Source: Nitrosopumilaceae archaeon
GTDB taxonomy: Archaea > Thermoproteota > Nitrososphaeria > Nitrososphaerales > Nitrosopumilaceae
Direction: 5' to 3'
Assembly: GCA_965207375.1 (NCBI GenBank)
Contig: CBDBMG010000002.1
Span: forward strand, 448,001 to 512,000
Length of the DNA stretch: 64,000 nucleotides
Below are positions 12,751 to 26,894 of the stretch, one piece after another. Position numbers and translations under genes: made by a program. The notes under the pieces are model-generated. The model saw nothing but the letters and a program-made list of their open reading frames with translations. It was not told the DNA's origin and did no database searches. Position 1 is the first letter of the stretch; the number at the start of each line of letters is the position of its first letter.

Positions 12751-13602
12751 ATGATACATATGTAGTGTGCACTGATGAAAGGTACAAATCTAAAGTTACA
12801 TTATAGACATACATACGTATAAGGGGTCATTCACAATCTTTGGTTTTTATGTGAGCGTACAAAGAGTACTCTTTTAGCGGTAAACCCCTTCCTCCCACAA
12901 AGCAAACTCTGAAAATATTGATGTCACATGATCACCGTGTTTTCCTATATCAACATTTTTAAAGTGTAGGCTCCCTCCCCTAATATATACTCTTTGTACA
13001 CTTGCAAAAGGCTGAAAAATTGAATAACCCCTACGCAGAGTATACTGGTAGCTATAAGCATAAGTTTAGCCTAATTATAAATATAAATTTTAATCCCTAG
13101 CTTATCAGAACTTCCACTGGTACAATATGTCATTTTCTGACCAATTTCCGATTTCAGCAGTTTGTTGAGAAAAGTCTAATTAATTTTGGCATTGGGAAAG
13201 TCAATGATAGTCTATAATAATTTTCCTCAATGCATGGGCATTCAATTTCTAATCCTTACGTACGTATGTATAATAATTATATGTATTAATATTACTAGCA
13301 TAGCTGTCATGCATCAACCAAATAATCACCTGTTTAAAGTGCATAAAAATGAAAATAACTCAGTCCAGTAGTCCAGTTCAGTGAATGGAGACACCCCTTC
13401 CTTAATGGCACATTCTGATTCTTTTAAGCATAACTACATGATAGCTACTTCATCCAATAATTATTATTGATTTTTAAAGTTATAGTTCACTGAATGAACA
13501 TGTCACAAGAGATATTATATTAGAGATTGATAAAATACCATTTGTGGTCGGTCTGACATGAGAAAACCAGGAAGTACACAAAATACACCTATTCATATTA
13601 TG

Positions 13603-13815
13603 GTACCGTATAGCCTAAATTTTCAAGGGTTAAAATTTCGTGGAATCATAAATTTAGCAGTCTTGTGGATAAATGTTTCGTGGATTGCAGAAGTACAGTA
13701 TTGAATTGCAGGGTAGGACAAATATTTCAAGGATAAATTTTCGCAGTTGGTCAAAAAACCTTGAAATCAGTAAAAAAAATTCCCCTTGAAAAATTTAGGC
13801 TTTAGCTATACAGTA
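13603..13815. mobile_element. TAC(C/T)GTA..TAC(A/G)GTA MITE family member (related copies near 22590-22698, 26085-26304, 26469-26640, 49787-50008)
   Basis: TACCGTATAGCCTAAATTTTCAAGGG / CCCCTTGAAAAATTTAGGC..TATACAGTA. Confidence 0.55.
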
Positions 13816-14162
13816 GCTAGCTAGCTATGTATTTCCTTTACTGTATAAGATTTAGAAAATCTGTGAACTGCATGAGATTTCCTATTGAAAGCTGCATAAA
13901 TGGTGAAAATTGTGCTAGACTCAATCACAGAAAGGTATTTAGCTAAGTTTGAAATCCAAAATGTGGTCAAATTTTATGTGCACTGATAATATAAGCCCTG
14001 TTTTCTCATGCCGGGTCACATTTTACAGGTATGAAGGCATTCGATTCAAAATTTTGTGCCATAACATTAAGGAACGTTTTCACAAATTTGATCACAATTA
14101 TATATATACTTACATATACGTAGCTATAAAACATACCATATGCATGCAAATACTTAATTATA

Positions 14163-14694
14163 CAAGGGGGTGTCACATACATACTTACTGTAGGGCGATC
14201 TGCGACCGGGGTCAAACTCAAAGTCAACGATCAAGGTCTCCAAAAACTATCCAGTCATAGGTCAAACAAGAAATTACACGGTCAAGAAACAAAACGAAAA
14301 CTTTAACCCACAATCAAATAAAACAAATTTATTAAAGTATACGAATTTATACTAGACTATACGGTATTTATAATTACATTTCGCCTCGCGCTGTGCATGC
14401 GGCTACGTCTTCGAGATCTGTAAACAATGTAGTTACAGCTGCTAGTGAATATGTCAGCTGCTTGTTGCAGCTGACTACTCCACTTGAAGCATCACGCATC
14501 CAAAAATAATTATTTCGCAGACGTTTGTATAGGACCATAGATGTAGGACAAGACCAAGCAGAAAACCGAGAAAGTCAAAGGTCAAGAACAGATAAGCAGT
14601 AAGTCAAGGGTCAAGCTTAATATTTCTCTGGTCAAGACTTTGACCGCGGTCGCAGATCCGGACCTACAGTATATGTGAGCGTGACACCCCCTTG
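14163..14694. mobile_element. MITE with CAAGGGGGTGTCAC TIRs and 5-bp TSD, copy 1
   Basis: ~50-bp imperfect TIR; TSD TTATA (14158-14162, 14695-14699); homologous to 56396-56937. Confidence 0.88.
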
Positions 14695-14806
14695 TTATAC
14701 AGCTATCAATTTATGCATACGAGTTACTAGTATAATAACACGTAAGTGTAATAATTGTTGATTGTTGAACACACATTCGATTCACTGTGCATACACCTAA
14801 GAGCCT

Positions 14807-14900
14807 ACGAATTTTATAAACCAGAGGGCCCGAGGCTGAGCGCTCTCGCTGCCGCGGCGCTCGTCTTGCGCTACTAAGGGCCTGAGGTTTTATAAAATTC
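14807..14900. repeat. Foldback element (Crypton-like)
   Basis: CGAATTTTATAAACC..AGGGCCC / GGGCCTGAGGTTTTATAAAATTCG around a GC-rich loop. Confidence 0.4.
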
Positions 14901-15345
14901 GTTGACTCCATGATATATACGCATAACTGTTTTATACACGATAGATATAATCTTGCTATTTGTCGCTTCGACCGACAGCCATGAGACAATTTCCGTTAAC
15001 GAATAATTATTAGAGGTCGCGCGTAGCAACTACATATTATTTAAGCGCCTGCGCGTCTCGTGTTGACAAATCGATTCGGGGTGGGTAGGTGGATTCGGCT
15101 TGGCCTAGCCATAGATATTAGAGGCGCGTTATGCATGCATGCAAGGTGCTTGTATTATAAAAGTGTTTCTTAGTGCCTAAATTATTAGTAAAGGTGTGGA
15201 GAGATTCAGTCGGTAGCTATGTCCAAGCTAAACACGTGCCTAACTGGAAAAGTTAACAATAATATGAAATAGATAAATGGGATATAGAGAGTATATAACC
15301 ATAGATAGTACCCTCCGGACACTAACCGGAGGTATATAGCTACTA

Positions 15346-16438
15346 TCATTAAGTACGGTAGTACTTAATAGTAGGGATTGGTAAGAAATTGTACGGCTTC
15401 GGGAAAATTTCGCGCTTTAAAAATCAACCTTGCAATAGGCTTTACCCGAAAAAAACCTGCTGGAATGCATTGGTAAGGCTGTAATGATGCTGTACCTTGG
15501 TTAAACGAAATGACAAGTCGAATATTTCGACCTACAGCCAACTTTGAAAATTTCGAAATTCACCTGTATTTCGTCTGACAGCCTGCCAGCCTGCCAGCCT
15601 GCCAGCCAGCCTGCCGTAAGACCGGGTTGCGCTAGGTGTAGGGCTCCAGAAATTTCACACAATAAAGGTAATGGCGGCGCATTTACGAAAATGTTATTCC
15701 GAAGACGATTTACCCACTGCGCCATGGCGATTCCCTTTATCCTTCATTCCTTTCCTTGTTCTTCTTTATTCCTTAGCAAGGTGCGAATTTCACCGAAAGT
15801 ACGATAGCCTGTAACGGCTTCTGCTTATTGCGTCACACAAAAACCTGGCTTGCACGTGATATAATTAGTTACAGTGGCACGATGTTTTCGCGTGTACTTT
15901 ATTACATCGTGAACTTCGAGATTATAGCCTTGGACAAATAGCTTTTGCTGTTTTTCGAGCGTTATTTGCTATCACACAGCTGCTTTGCCATGTCAGCTCG
16001 TTGTTAACAAACGCCTGTAAATAAGGATAATTATTATGTAAGCGCCTGTAAAATTTTGTGCGCCTGCTGAAAGATTAATATGAATGCTTAGCATGTATAA
16101 AAAGTAAACAAACTAGAATGATAAAAAATTAAAAATTTAAAAAGTAAGTAGGGATTGAATTTTGGATTCAATAGTGCTACAAAAAGTAAGGAAACAAGGA
16201 ATAAGATTTTGGGACGAGAGAACATTCTGGCATGAGATAATTTACAAAAGTTTAATCCCTACTTTTGGTTCACTTCAGGTTTGCCAAAAGTAGGGATTAA
16301 ACTTTTATAAATTATCTCATACCAGAGTGTTCTCTCGTCCCAAAATCTTATTCCTTGTTTCCTTACTTTTTGTAGCACTATTGAATCCAAAATTCAATCC
16401 CTACTTACTTTTAAATTTTTAGTTTTTTATCATTCTAG
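15346..16438 (+). mobile_element. Helitron-like non-autonomous element with ~158-bp-arm 3' palindrome
   Basis: A|TC start; hairpin ATTAAGTAC-GGTA-GTACTTAAT then TAGGGATT; palindrome ~16112-16439; ends CTAG|T; lies inside a tiny CATAGATA..TATCTATG element (15300-16446). Confidence 0.68.
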
Positions 16439-17741
16439 TATCTATGGTATAACGCTATAGCTACTGTTATGATATAGCTAAGGTTAGCCTTGTGGTTATG
16501 TGAGCTAGGCATTTTGGATATTTCATTTGCTCAAACTGAATTCTGTTAGCTAATCTCATGACTCCTTGGTGTGGCTCATTAATTGTGCACCCATGAAATT
16601 AAAAATTTCTTTACGTAGCTATGTATGTGACTATTTCTTCTTGAAAATAACCTGCATGCTATAGTAATGGTAATACTGAATTTGGTAATTAAGTAAATTT
16701 GTATCTTCACAACATTTTAAGGTAATTGATGATGTGTATGTTTTATTAGAGTAGTTTGAGTAAATTCTAAAATCTTGAAGTTTTGTGTACCATAAGTTAA
16801 TTTACTCCTTTTAGTTTTAGCATGATATTATTAATATTTATGTTAACATCATATACGTACTTTCACTATTTGCCACAGGAACACAATTCGTTTTGATAAA
16901 CCGAAGCATAAATAATGAAACATGTTGTGTATATATGCACACATGATATGCACAAAGTGTAAAATGGCAATTGAGGCAGTTACAGAAAAAGGATGCAGGT
17001 GATGAAAGAAACATGCAGGTGGTGGATGAGAAAGTAACATTCACTAAATAGCTAGCTAGGACCTGATGTAAATTTAAGATATTGCCTTGTAGTTCGATTA
17101 ATTTGTAGCTATAGTATTGCTGCATGCATATATAGTCAGTATATCACCCACCCTAGCTAGCTATGTATTATGCACCAGATCTTGCAAAAGTAATCAAAAT
17201 TTGTAATTGCTACATGATACGTAGTTTTATAAACTTTTGATATAACTAATGTACATGGCTAAAATTAATTAGCTATGTATAATGAAATACCAAATTCAAA
17301 CTTACATTTTGAAGCAAGGGTCTTTACTGATTTCTAATGCCATTGTTGCTGAAGGAAAGAACAACACCAATGTTAATTATATAGCTACTATATCGTCCAG
17401 CAAATCTGTAGATAAAGTTATTGACAGTAGCTAAGTGGTACTATTCCACTCTCATTCAGTATAATAGCTATATGCATTATATGTGATACAGCTCCACATG
17501 TTGAATGGCTAGTGATATTGTAACTGATGTTGTGCAGACATTATATATCTACTATACTGTACATGTAATGGTCACAGATGGTAGCTAAGTCTGCAATAAA
17601 TAGCAGCAGTAGCACATATTCCTATGCTGCTGTAATACATAAATTTCTATTGAATATTTTTATTCAAAGATTATGATTACATACATTGTAGCAATCAATT
17701 GTTATATACGTAGCTACGTATATGTATATGTACGTAACACT

Positions 17742-17981
17742 ATGTGACCGGGCTTGAGAAAACTACAATACACCTATTCGTATTATGATACCTATCTCTT
17801 TTTCTGTGTGTGCTATTCAAAATCTGTTGGTTTTTTGAATTTCTTAGGAATTTCTACATAGCTATATGATAATTAAAAACTTATGTGAAAATACTATGTA
17901 TGTTATGAAAAAGAGTTATTAAATTTGAATATTGAACAAATTTTATGTGTAGATAAGACCTGTTTTCTCAGGCCTGGTCAC
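17742..17981. mobile_element. TGTGACC..GGTCACA MITE family (other copies 23433-23671, 33504-34920, ~40377-40911; starts at 45653 and 63953)
   Basis: ATGTGACCGGGCTTGAGAAAA / TTTTCTCAGGCCTGGTCACA; the same termini recur through the window. Confidence 0.6.
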
Positions 17982-18539
17982 AATGTCATAATACACTCTC
18001 TCACACAGATATACGTACATACAAATTTGGGTACCAGAATAGGGGGTCATTGGGGGCATTGGGGGCATTTGCCCCATAGTTTTTAATGAAATTTCCATAG
18101 AAACTATTTTCAATAAAAATGTGCATTTTGCTACATCTTTTTGGTTCCCACACTTAGCTAAATAGCTTCAGGCATTCCTGCACTGAACAAATAATATATA
18201 CATACACAACACACGCACATATAGCTATACTTGTAATATAGCTACATGCACATACTTGCACATAGCTACGTATACATAAATACACATGTGCACACTTATA
18301 ATAATAATATTATTATATACGTAGCTGGCTATTTATATATTGTGTTTTCTTACATACCTATAGTGTTGTTATACATAGTTCCTCTAGCTACTGCTGTAAT
18401 GAACGTGTGCATAAATTTCTATTGAATATTTTTATTCAAAGATTGTGATTACATACATTGTGGTTTCATGCAGGTGTGAGTATGATAATTATGTGATAGA
18501 ACAAGTTTATGGCTAGCTACGTAGTTAGTAGTTTTCTGC

Positions 18540-19175
<636 letters not shown>

Positions 19176-19181
19176 CACTGC

Positions 19182-19667
19182 TAGCGCTGTACCTAATATG
19201 CCAGAATAATTTTGGAACAAAAAGAATTAAGAATTACTACATGTACATGTAGCTATGCTAAAATAATGATAGGGCAAATTTTAACTATGCTATACTATAA
19301 AACCAACCTGTCTAGTTTAAAGTACAAAACACTTACTTTTATTAAACTCTCTAGTATTCTCTGATAAAATTAAGGTTAAAAATGCTGCTACATGCAAAGT
19401 CTTTAACAAATGAGTTGTAAATTTAAACCCATAATCAAATATTTCTTGTGTTCATGATATTAACAACTTCATATGCTGCAGTGGGCATTTTCTAGCGCAT
19501 TTAAGGTAATAGCTAGCTAAATGTTAGATTGTGTACTTAATTTGTATAGATTTAACTTAAAAGGGTGGTTTTTATTAAGGATAAATTTAGATTAATACTG
19601 AGGTAAACTTTATAAAAGAATTTCTAGAAAGAATAATAGGATTATAAGCATAATAGGTACAGCCTTA
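19182..19667. mobile_element. Degenerate hAT-like MITE related to 50941 and 53913
   Basis: TAGCGCTGTACCTAATATGCCAGAATAATTTT / AAGCATAATAGGTACAGCCTTA termini. Confidence 0.5.
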
Positions 19668-21437
19668 GAGACATAAGCATACACAGAGACACATGTACAG
19701 ATACAGAGAGAGAGTTATGGACAAGAGGGATTTGCCTGATATACATATACGTACGTAGTTTTGAAGGCCTGATCAAGATATCCCACCTCTGACACCTTGT
19801 AATAAGTATGATAATTATAGCTAGCTATGTAGGTAGTTTCATTCTGTAAGAACACTCTCCTCTTTAATTTGCAATTGATACACTAGCTACCATGCATATG
19901 CTGTATTATAGTGTTTAGGTACATAATTATGAAATACATCCTTATTCCCTCAAAGGCTCTAATAATTATTGTATAGCTACGTAGGCAGTGCCAGGGTGGT
20001 AACACAGTCATAAATATTTATATGAGTAGTGATGTCTACATTAGGCAAATGAAATTCATGGCTCAAGCACAATTATCATGACTGTATGTATGTAAGCTAG
20101 CTAGGTAACAATGTTAATTGCAGAGCTGGAATGAGATAGCCTAGCTACATTTGTTCTGATGTAGTTGTAAACTTGCTGATGGAATCTGTTAGTGTTATAC
20201 TGTAAACATAGTTACTGCAGTGTATAACACCTGTATAGCTATGTGAAAATTATCAAAACTCTGGCAAATTGATGACTATGCACCAATTTGTCAACATTTC
20301 CTGCTACAGATAAAAAATTAATGTAGAAGCCACATATTTACATAGCTGAGAAGTAATATTACACCCACCCACCCCCTTATACACGACACACGTGATATTA
20401 CAGAAACTTTTCAAAAAACCTTTACAAAACCAGTGATTTTGACTAGCTGTCAACTTGTTTATATAATGTTAGCTATAACACTAGTCTACTACTGGAGCAA
20501 GTCTGGCGTGGCTACAATCAAGCACCAGAGGAATACAGTGCCGTGAATATTGAAATTGGTATTTCTCGAAATACCAAATGTGCGATTTGGATTAGGTATA
20601 TATAGTATTACACTACTGAAGCAAATTGCTATGTATAGCTGACAGTAGCTATATGATAATGTGCATATGATGCTGTAACCTTGGTTACTCTGTAACAATG
20701 TTTATCGAACTAAGCATTGATGCTGGCATGTGTGGGTAGACACTTGTTTTGAGTGCAGTTAGGGCTAGGGTCCAGTGCTTACATGCATGTTATAATGTGC
20801 TGTTAAAATTGTTAATTAGCTACATAATCTACAGGTATATATTTTTGTGATCACAAAGACCACCCAATTAACATTAGTTCCATGGTACACTAGTTTGTGA
20901 GTTTATTAAATAATTTTTGCTAAATATTTTTGCTAATAATGTTGCCTATATGTAGTTAGCTATAATTTAATTAATGCTGTGATGTCAATTCTTAACTTAA
21001 TTAGTAGCTACATGTTGTTTATAGAGGCATTAATGTCTGCAAGTGCAAAGTGTTACTATATTTTTGTATGTTCTGACAACCTAAAGTTGTTTACTAACCA
21101 GCTGTAGAGGTGTGTTATTCGTAACTATTATTTAAAGATATGACGTTATTGCTGGTAATAATATATGTATATATATATATATATATATATACACATACAT
21201 ACGTATGTATATCAGTCAAGAGGGCATGAAGCAGCTTGGACACAACTCTCTATCCACTAGGATGCAGCTACAAATGTTGATTGAAGTTTAGAAAAATTAC
21301 AAAAGTAGCTTAAACTACATGCTAATAAAAATTAAAAAAGTACAAAAATCATAGCTGGGGATAGCCATAAAAAATAAGCTTATAAATAGCTAGCTATGTA
21401 GCTACGTATAATTGTATCACATGCTGCTAGTTGCAGT

Positions 21438-24400
21438 TTAAGTTGGTTTTGTTTCAGCATAGGTAACATGGTTATCAGCTTTCATAAATTTTGGCACTTT
21501 ATTACCCAGTTGTATTTCTGCATAGTTCAGCTTAGGTTGCAGTGGAGGAGTGGACTGTAAATGAAACTTATGCTGATATTTAGTGAAATAATTTTAAAAG
21601 TATACCCACTTCATCTTCATCAATGTTGTCATTATGGAGTGATTCGTCAACATGATGATTATCAATTGATGGTTCATGAATAGTTTCAGATTCTTTTGTA
21701 TTCTGTACAACACAATAAAATAGATTATTTGATGGTCGTTGTACATATACATACATAATGATATATGATATGTATATACGTAGCTACATAGCTACACACA
21801 CAATGTACTGTTGCTACGTATTATACTATATAGTAGGGCTGGGCAGTACTGATATAATTAGCTACATATATTATGAAAAAATTACTGTGCTGTTACAATA
21901 TATCGCAGTATCTTTGTACCTGCAAATGCACTCTAAAAATTAGCTAGCATCTAGCTATAACTTGCCTATGAATGTGGTATATATAATCACATTTTTGTGC
22001 ACATTCAGGAAAACCCTGGATTCTAAAACTACATCACAGTTATGTATGTGACTATGTTTGTACACTGTTATTATATGTTTTCCCTTCAGCTAACTACCTA
22101 TATAGCTATATTTATTTGCCTGTAAATCTTAATTGTTCTATGATATAACAATTTTTGCGATGTTACAAATACTTCAACATTATTTCATTGTGCTACCCTC
22201 ACCTTCATCTGCAGATACATACTTGCTTAGAATTATCGTCAGTACCTGGCTCAACGACAAATGCATCTTAGCTCTATTTTCATGATCTTTGCTCAATCTC
22301 ATTAAATTTTTTACTCGTCATTTTTCAGAATCACTCACTATCTAGTCTCTACAGAAGACAAATAGTTACCAGCAACTATCCCCACTACTGAGGTCATGGG
22401 ATCGAGCATGGGATGCATCACCACTTTTAATTTATAAACTATGAAATTCAGTCAATACCGCAATAATATTGATATCACAATAATACCGTTTCAGTAAGTC
22501 TTCATGATACGGTTACCATCTCAGATTATCGTGATATTACTATAATATAGCTAACTATGTATATAACTAGGATACCACCCAGCCAGCCCTACTGTATAGC
22601 ACAAAATGTTTAATGATGGAAAATTTTGACAAATGAGATCAGCCTTACATACAAATGGCAAAAATATTTTTCCTGTCAAAATTTTGTACTTTATGGTAAT
22701 TGGTTAAATGGTGTGCTTTCGATAGAACCACCCTCTGATAGTCATCACATAGCAATACATTACAAATGCCTTGTGCAACATTTTCAAATGAATAAATACT
22801 CCAGCTAATTGCCATAACAGCATGAAATTATAGTAGCTGGCACTAGTTGCAGTGAAATACAGTAGCTACGTATATATAGTAAACAGCTGTCAACAACACA
22901 TATCTCTTGGCTTCTCACTTTCAACTTGTGTAGCAAGTAACATTGATGTAACCATAGCTCATGATCATGTGATCATGTGGCCACAGTGTAAGGATTTTAG
23001 TTTTTCTGTTATTAATTTCAACAGAAATTTCTTAATGAGTTAGTATAGTAGTAGTATTATTTTGCTAAATACACAGCTTTTCACTAAAGGTATTCAAATG
23101 AAGACTGATATGAGCAATTTGAAAATATGTAGCTATAGGCCTTGCACACACAATGACACCTAATGATATGTAGATAATTACATGTATGTACATACTTGAT
23201 TTGCTGCATACATATAGCTACGTACGTATATAACATGGTACGTATGCATGTATGTATCATGGCAATCACATTTTAAACTTACTAAGTGTGTAGAATCTGT
23301 AGACCAGGCTGGGGTTGGTCCAGATACTGCATACTACAAGTGTAGATTATTACATCTACTGACTGCACTTAAACCATTTTAAAATACAGAACTACATATG
23401 TATCTGTATATGCACACAACATGACCAAACATATGTGACCGAGTCTGCAAAAAAAGGTCTTATCTGCACATCCAACTGTACACATTCAGTAAGCCATAAT
23501 TTTTCTTGTGAATTAGCTAACAATTAATACAAAACTTACACCATTTATAGTACTATGCTTGGACTCTCTTGTATCAAATTGGTATGCCTATAGCTATCCC
23601 ACAGGCTGAGTTATGTGCCTTCACAATCATAAAATTGTATGTGCAGATAATTTTTGCAGGCTTGGTCACATACATATATAAAGCCACCATAAATACGTAC
23701 TAAGCTATATTTATAATTATGGCATAATTACATAAACAACAGGTACGTAAGTACATATGTATGTAGCATCTCACTGGTGATGCTAAATCATGACTTGTAT
23801 TATCATCCTGTGTTTCAACATAACTAAAGATACATATCATATTAATTTATGTGTTTACACTTCATAATCATAACACATTACCAATTATCCTCTGTCTTTC
23901 TTCCTGAATTTACATCTAAAAATGAATATTTGTATAACATAACACATCAATAACAAGTAGCATTTACAGTACATTGTGATATCAAAAGTGTTAGATACTA
24001 TTATAATGATAATTATAATAAATCCAATTACCACAACTGCTACAATAATTGTAATTATTATTATTGTTAATGAACTGCCACCAGACCCAGTGTTTTCATC
24101 AGATTGGTCAACATCTAAAAACATAGGTTGTAGTTACAGTAAGTTTCTAGCTATAGCTACATAGTAGCTACCATTTTAAATCTATATATATATATGTACA
24201 TACAATATATAGCTATATATAGAGTCTACACAAATTAAAATGATTTGAAAGACAGTCAAGTAAAAACATGCCTACAGTCATTAGCTAGTAATCTTGTTAG
24301 AGTATTTTGCAAAATGAAAGCACTTAGCTATATAGCTAGCTATTTGCAAGATAATATAAAAACCAAAGATCAATAAAATTAATAGCTTTTGCTAGCACAG

Positions 24401-26758
24401 AATTCAAAGTTTGGTTAAAGAGAAGTGTGATTGCAATACTGAAAGTTATGGTAGAGTTAAGTAGTAGATGCAACTACTATGATGCAGAGAATCTTGTGAT
24501 TCTGCCTTCTGCATGATTTACACTAAAGGCAATACAGCTTATAAAGTAATATTTATACGTATATACAGAGAGTATTGTCCAACACCAAAAAGTTAGTTGT
24601 GCTTTTACAAACTATAGCTACTATTTATAAGAACCTAGCTAGGTAGATGCATTTTTGCAAAGTGACCAATTTTTGCTTACTATAGAGAATAATTAGCTAC
24701 ATATTATGTAGTTAAGCTGCTTACTGGGTGATGTCATATTTGCCGTATCTGGCATACCAATGGTTCTGTTATATATAATAACTGTTGCATTACTTCTTTG
24801 TTCTTTAATGTCAACAACTGTAATATTTATTGTATATGTAATTTTTGTGTCGTTATCCAGATGATCAAATAAAAGAGTGGTTTTGTCAGTTTTTTCTGAT
24901 AGCACTTCAACTTCACCAGAATAAACTCGTACATCATAGTGTTTAATTGCAAACATAGAGCAATTGTTGATTTCTGGTGGCTGTAAATGTACATAAACCA
25001 TCATACACAGTACATACAGATACATAATCTGTAAAAAATATTTTTTGCAGCTAACATATGTAGGTACACAAATTTCCGTCAGTCATGTACATACCTTCCA
25101 CATTACTTGGACTGTATCATTACTTATTTCTTCAATTTCAATACTATTAACATTAATAGAATTAGGAGCTACAAAGAAAAATAGCATCCACAACTCACAA
25201 TTATGTACATAGCTAAGGTATAGATAGCTACAGCAAAATAATAGCTAATAATTAGTCTATATAGCAATAACAGCTTAATAACTACGTAGCTATAATTATT
25301 ATAATGATTAATGTACATACGTAGCAGACTGAAAAAACTTACGCTTTGATAAGTAAGTCCTCACAGATTTGTTAAGTATTCTATAACTACCATTGTGTAA
25401 TGATGTAACTGTAATATCATAAACTGTATCATTCTGCAGTCCATCAATGGTGTATTTAGAGCCACCGTCCATGTCTGGATGTATGACATTGCCTGATATT
25501 GTAACATTACGTGACACATCTCCACATGTTGGATGACTGTGAATATTCAGTGATATGATAATTGATGTAGTGCAAATTTCTTCCTCATTAATAATAACAG
25601 ACAATGGATCTGTTAATGATACGTACGTATAGTTTATTATATTTATTGCCTGTACTATTGCCTTACCCACTACTGTCATTATTCCTACACTGCTTATTAC
25701 TGAACCACCTACTCTTGGGAATATACACTGATATGATGACTGATTGTGTGTCATATTTACTGGACCAACTAATAATTTACTATTAGTACCATTGTTGTCT
25801 CCACTGGTTATATCAGGCAACCATTGTAGACCATTTATGAGTCCATTAAAGATGTCGTCTCTATCAACAGTATCATTACTAATGATACTACCATCAGCAC
25901 TTCTAAAGACTATCCTCCAGTTTGGTATTGCAAGAGTAGGATCAGTTCCATTGAATCCACAGTAACATTCTGCCATAACATTGATACATACAGTTGTATC
26001 CTGTGGTCCATTGGTAATTTTGAAGCCTACGTATGTAAAATACTATTAAACTATCAATAGCTATGTGAGCGTGAAAACTGTAGTATACCATATATGACAA
26101 AATAGTCAAGGTGGAAAACTTTCGCAGATTTTGCGTTTTTTGCTCAATTGCGAAAGTTTTCCTGTCGAATCTTTCACTAGACTATGCAGTATGCATTCAT
26201 TAGCTATTACAAGAAGCTTCTACTGCGAAAGTTTTCACGTTGAATGTCCATTTTTGTTCTAATTGTGAAAGTTTTCCCCCTCAAATGTTTTGTTGTATAT
26301 GGTAGCTACTCCATCAGTCATGAAATTATACACACATGTACATATTAGTAGGCATGTATCAAATTACATATAATTATTAAAAGAATGTCTAACCTACGTA
26401 TATCATCTTATGAATATTAAAGCTTTCCAAACAACAATTATGAACTAACTAGCCATAGTTGGGGTAACTACTGTATGGCACAAAATTTTGATGGGGAAAT
26501 ACTGATGGATTTGATGAATTTCTAGCAACTCAAAAAATTACCATCAAAAATTTTTCTTTAGCAGCTGTTTGTATATCAGGCTGATCTAAGTCATCAAAAT
26601 TTATTTGTCAAACTTTTTCACCATCAAAATTTTGTGCTATGTTACATATATGGTTCATAAATAATATGGCACATTTAGCTTTGCTTACTTTGTGTACTTT
26701 GTGACAAATCACTGACAAGTAGTATCATAAAAGAAATAAAATTAGTAAAATCTTTCAT
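21438..26758 (-). CDS. Receptor gene A: signal peptide, Ig-like, FN3-like x2, TM, cytoplasmic tail with ITIM and ITIM-like motifs
   Basis: Phase-compatible GT-AG exons: 26758-26689 (signal-peptide-like), 26026-25667 (Ig: C..PNW..YQC), 25609-25343 (FN3: YTIDGLQNDTVYDITV), 25168-25095, 24980-24725, 24114-23968 (TM), 23915-23882, 23823-23775, 23333-23283, 21702-21610, 21554-21438 (..PKLNYAEIQL..NHVTYAETKPT*). Splicing just after the TM is uncertain. Confidence 0.75.
21834..22591. mobile_element. hAT-like MITE in an intron of gene A
   Basis: TAGGGCTGG / CCAGCCCTA termini; TSD CTATATAG / CTGTATAG (7 of 8 match). Confidence 0.65.
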
Positions 26759-26894
26759 ATTCTATGCATTGTATGCAATTTTGTCAGTAGCTGCAGTTTT
26801 CAGTCTTGTAGGATATCAAGTTTACTTCACAGGCCAATGGTGATTTACCTAGGCTAGATAATTATGCATTAACTGTAGGTAGCTAGGTACTTGG

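Noticed and set aside
12771-12800. Possible hammerhead ribozyme cores (CTGATGA here and near 10900)
   Set aside because: No properly placed GAAA or pairing stems could be found.
16850-17345. Possible minus-strand exons (e.g. MALEISKDPCFK|gt); similar weak candidates at 20490-20790, 37396-37590 and 57545-57900
   Set aside because: No recognisable domain and no consistent multi-exon frame could be built.
25308-25976. 222-aa ORF as a single-exon gene
   Set aside because: It reads through an in-frame 57-nt intron (25610-25666) and is exons 2-3 of gene A.
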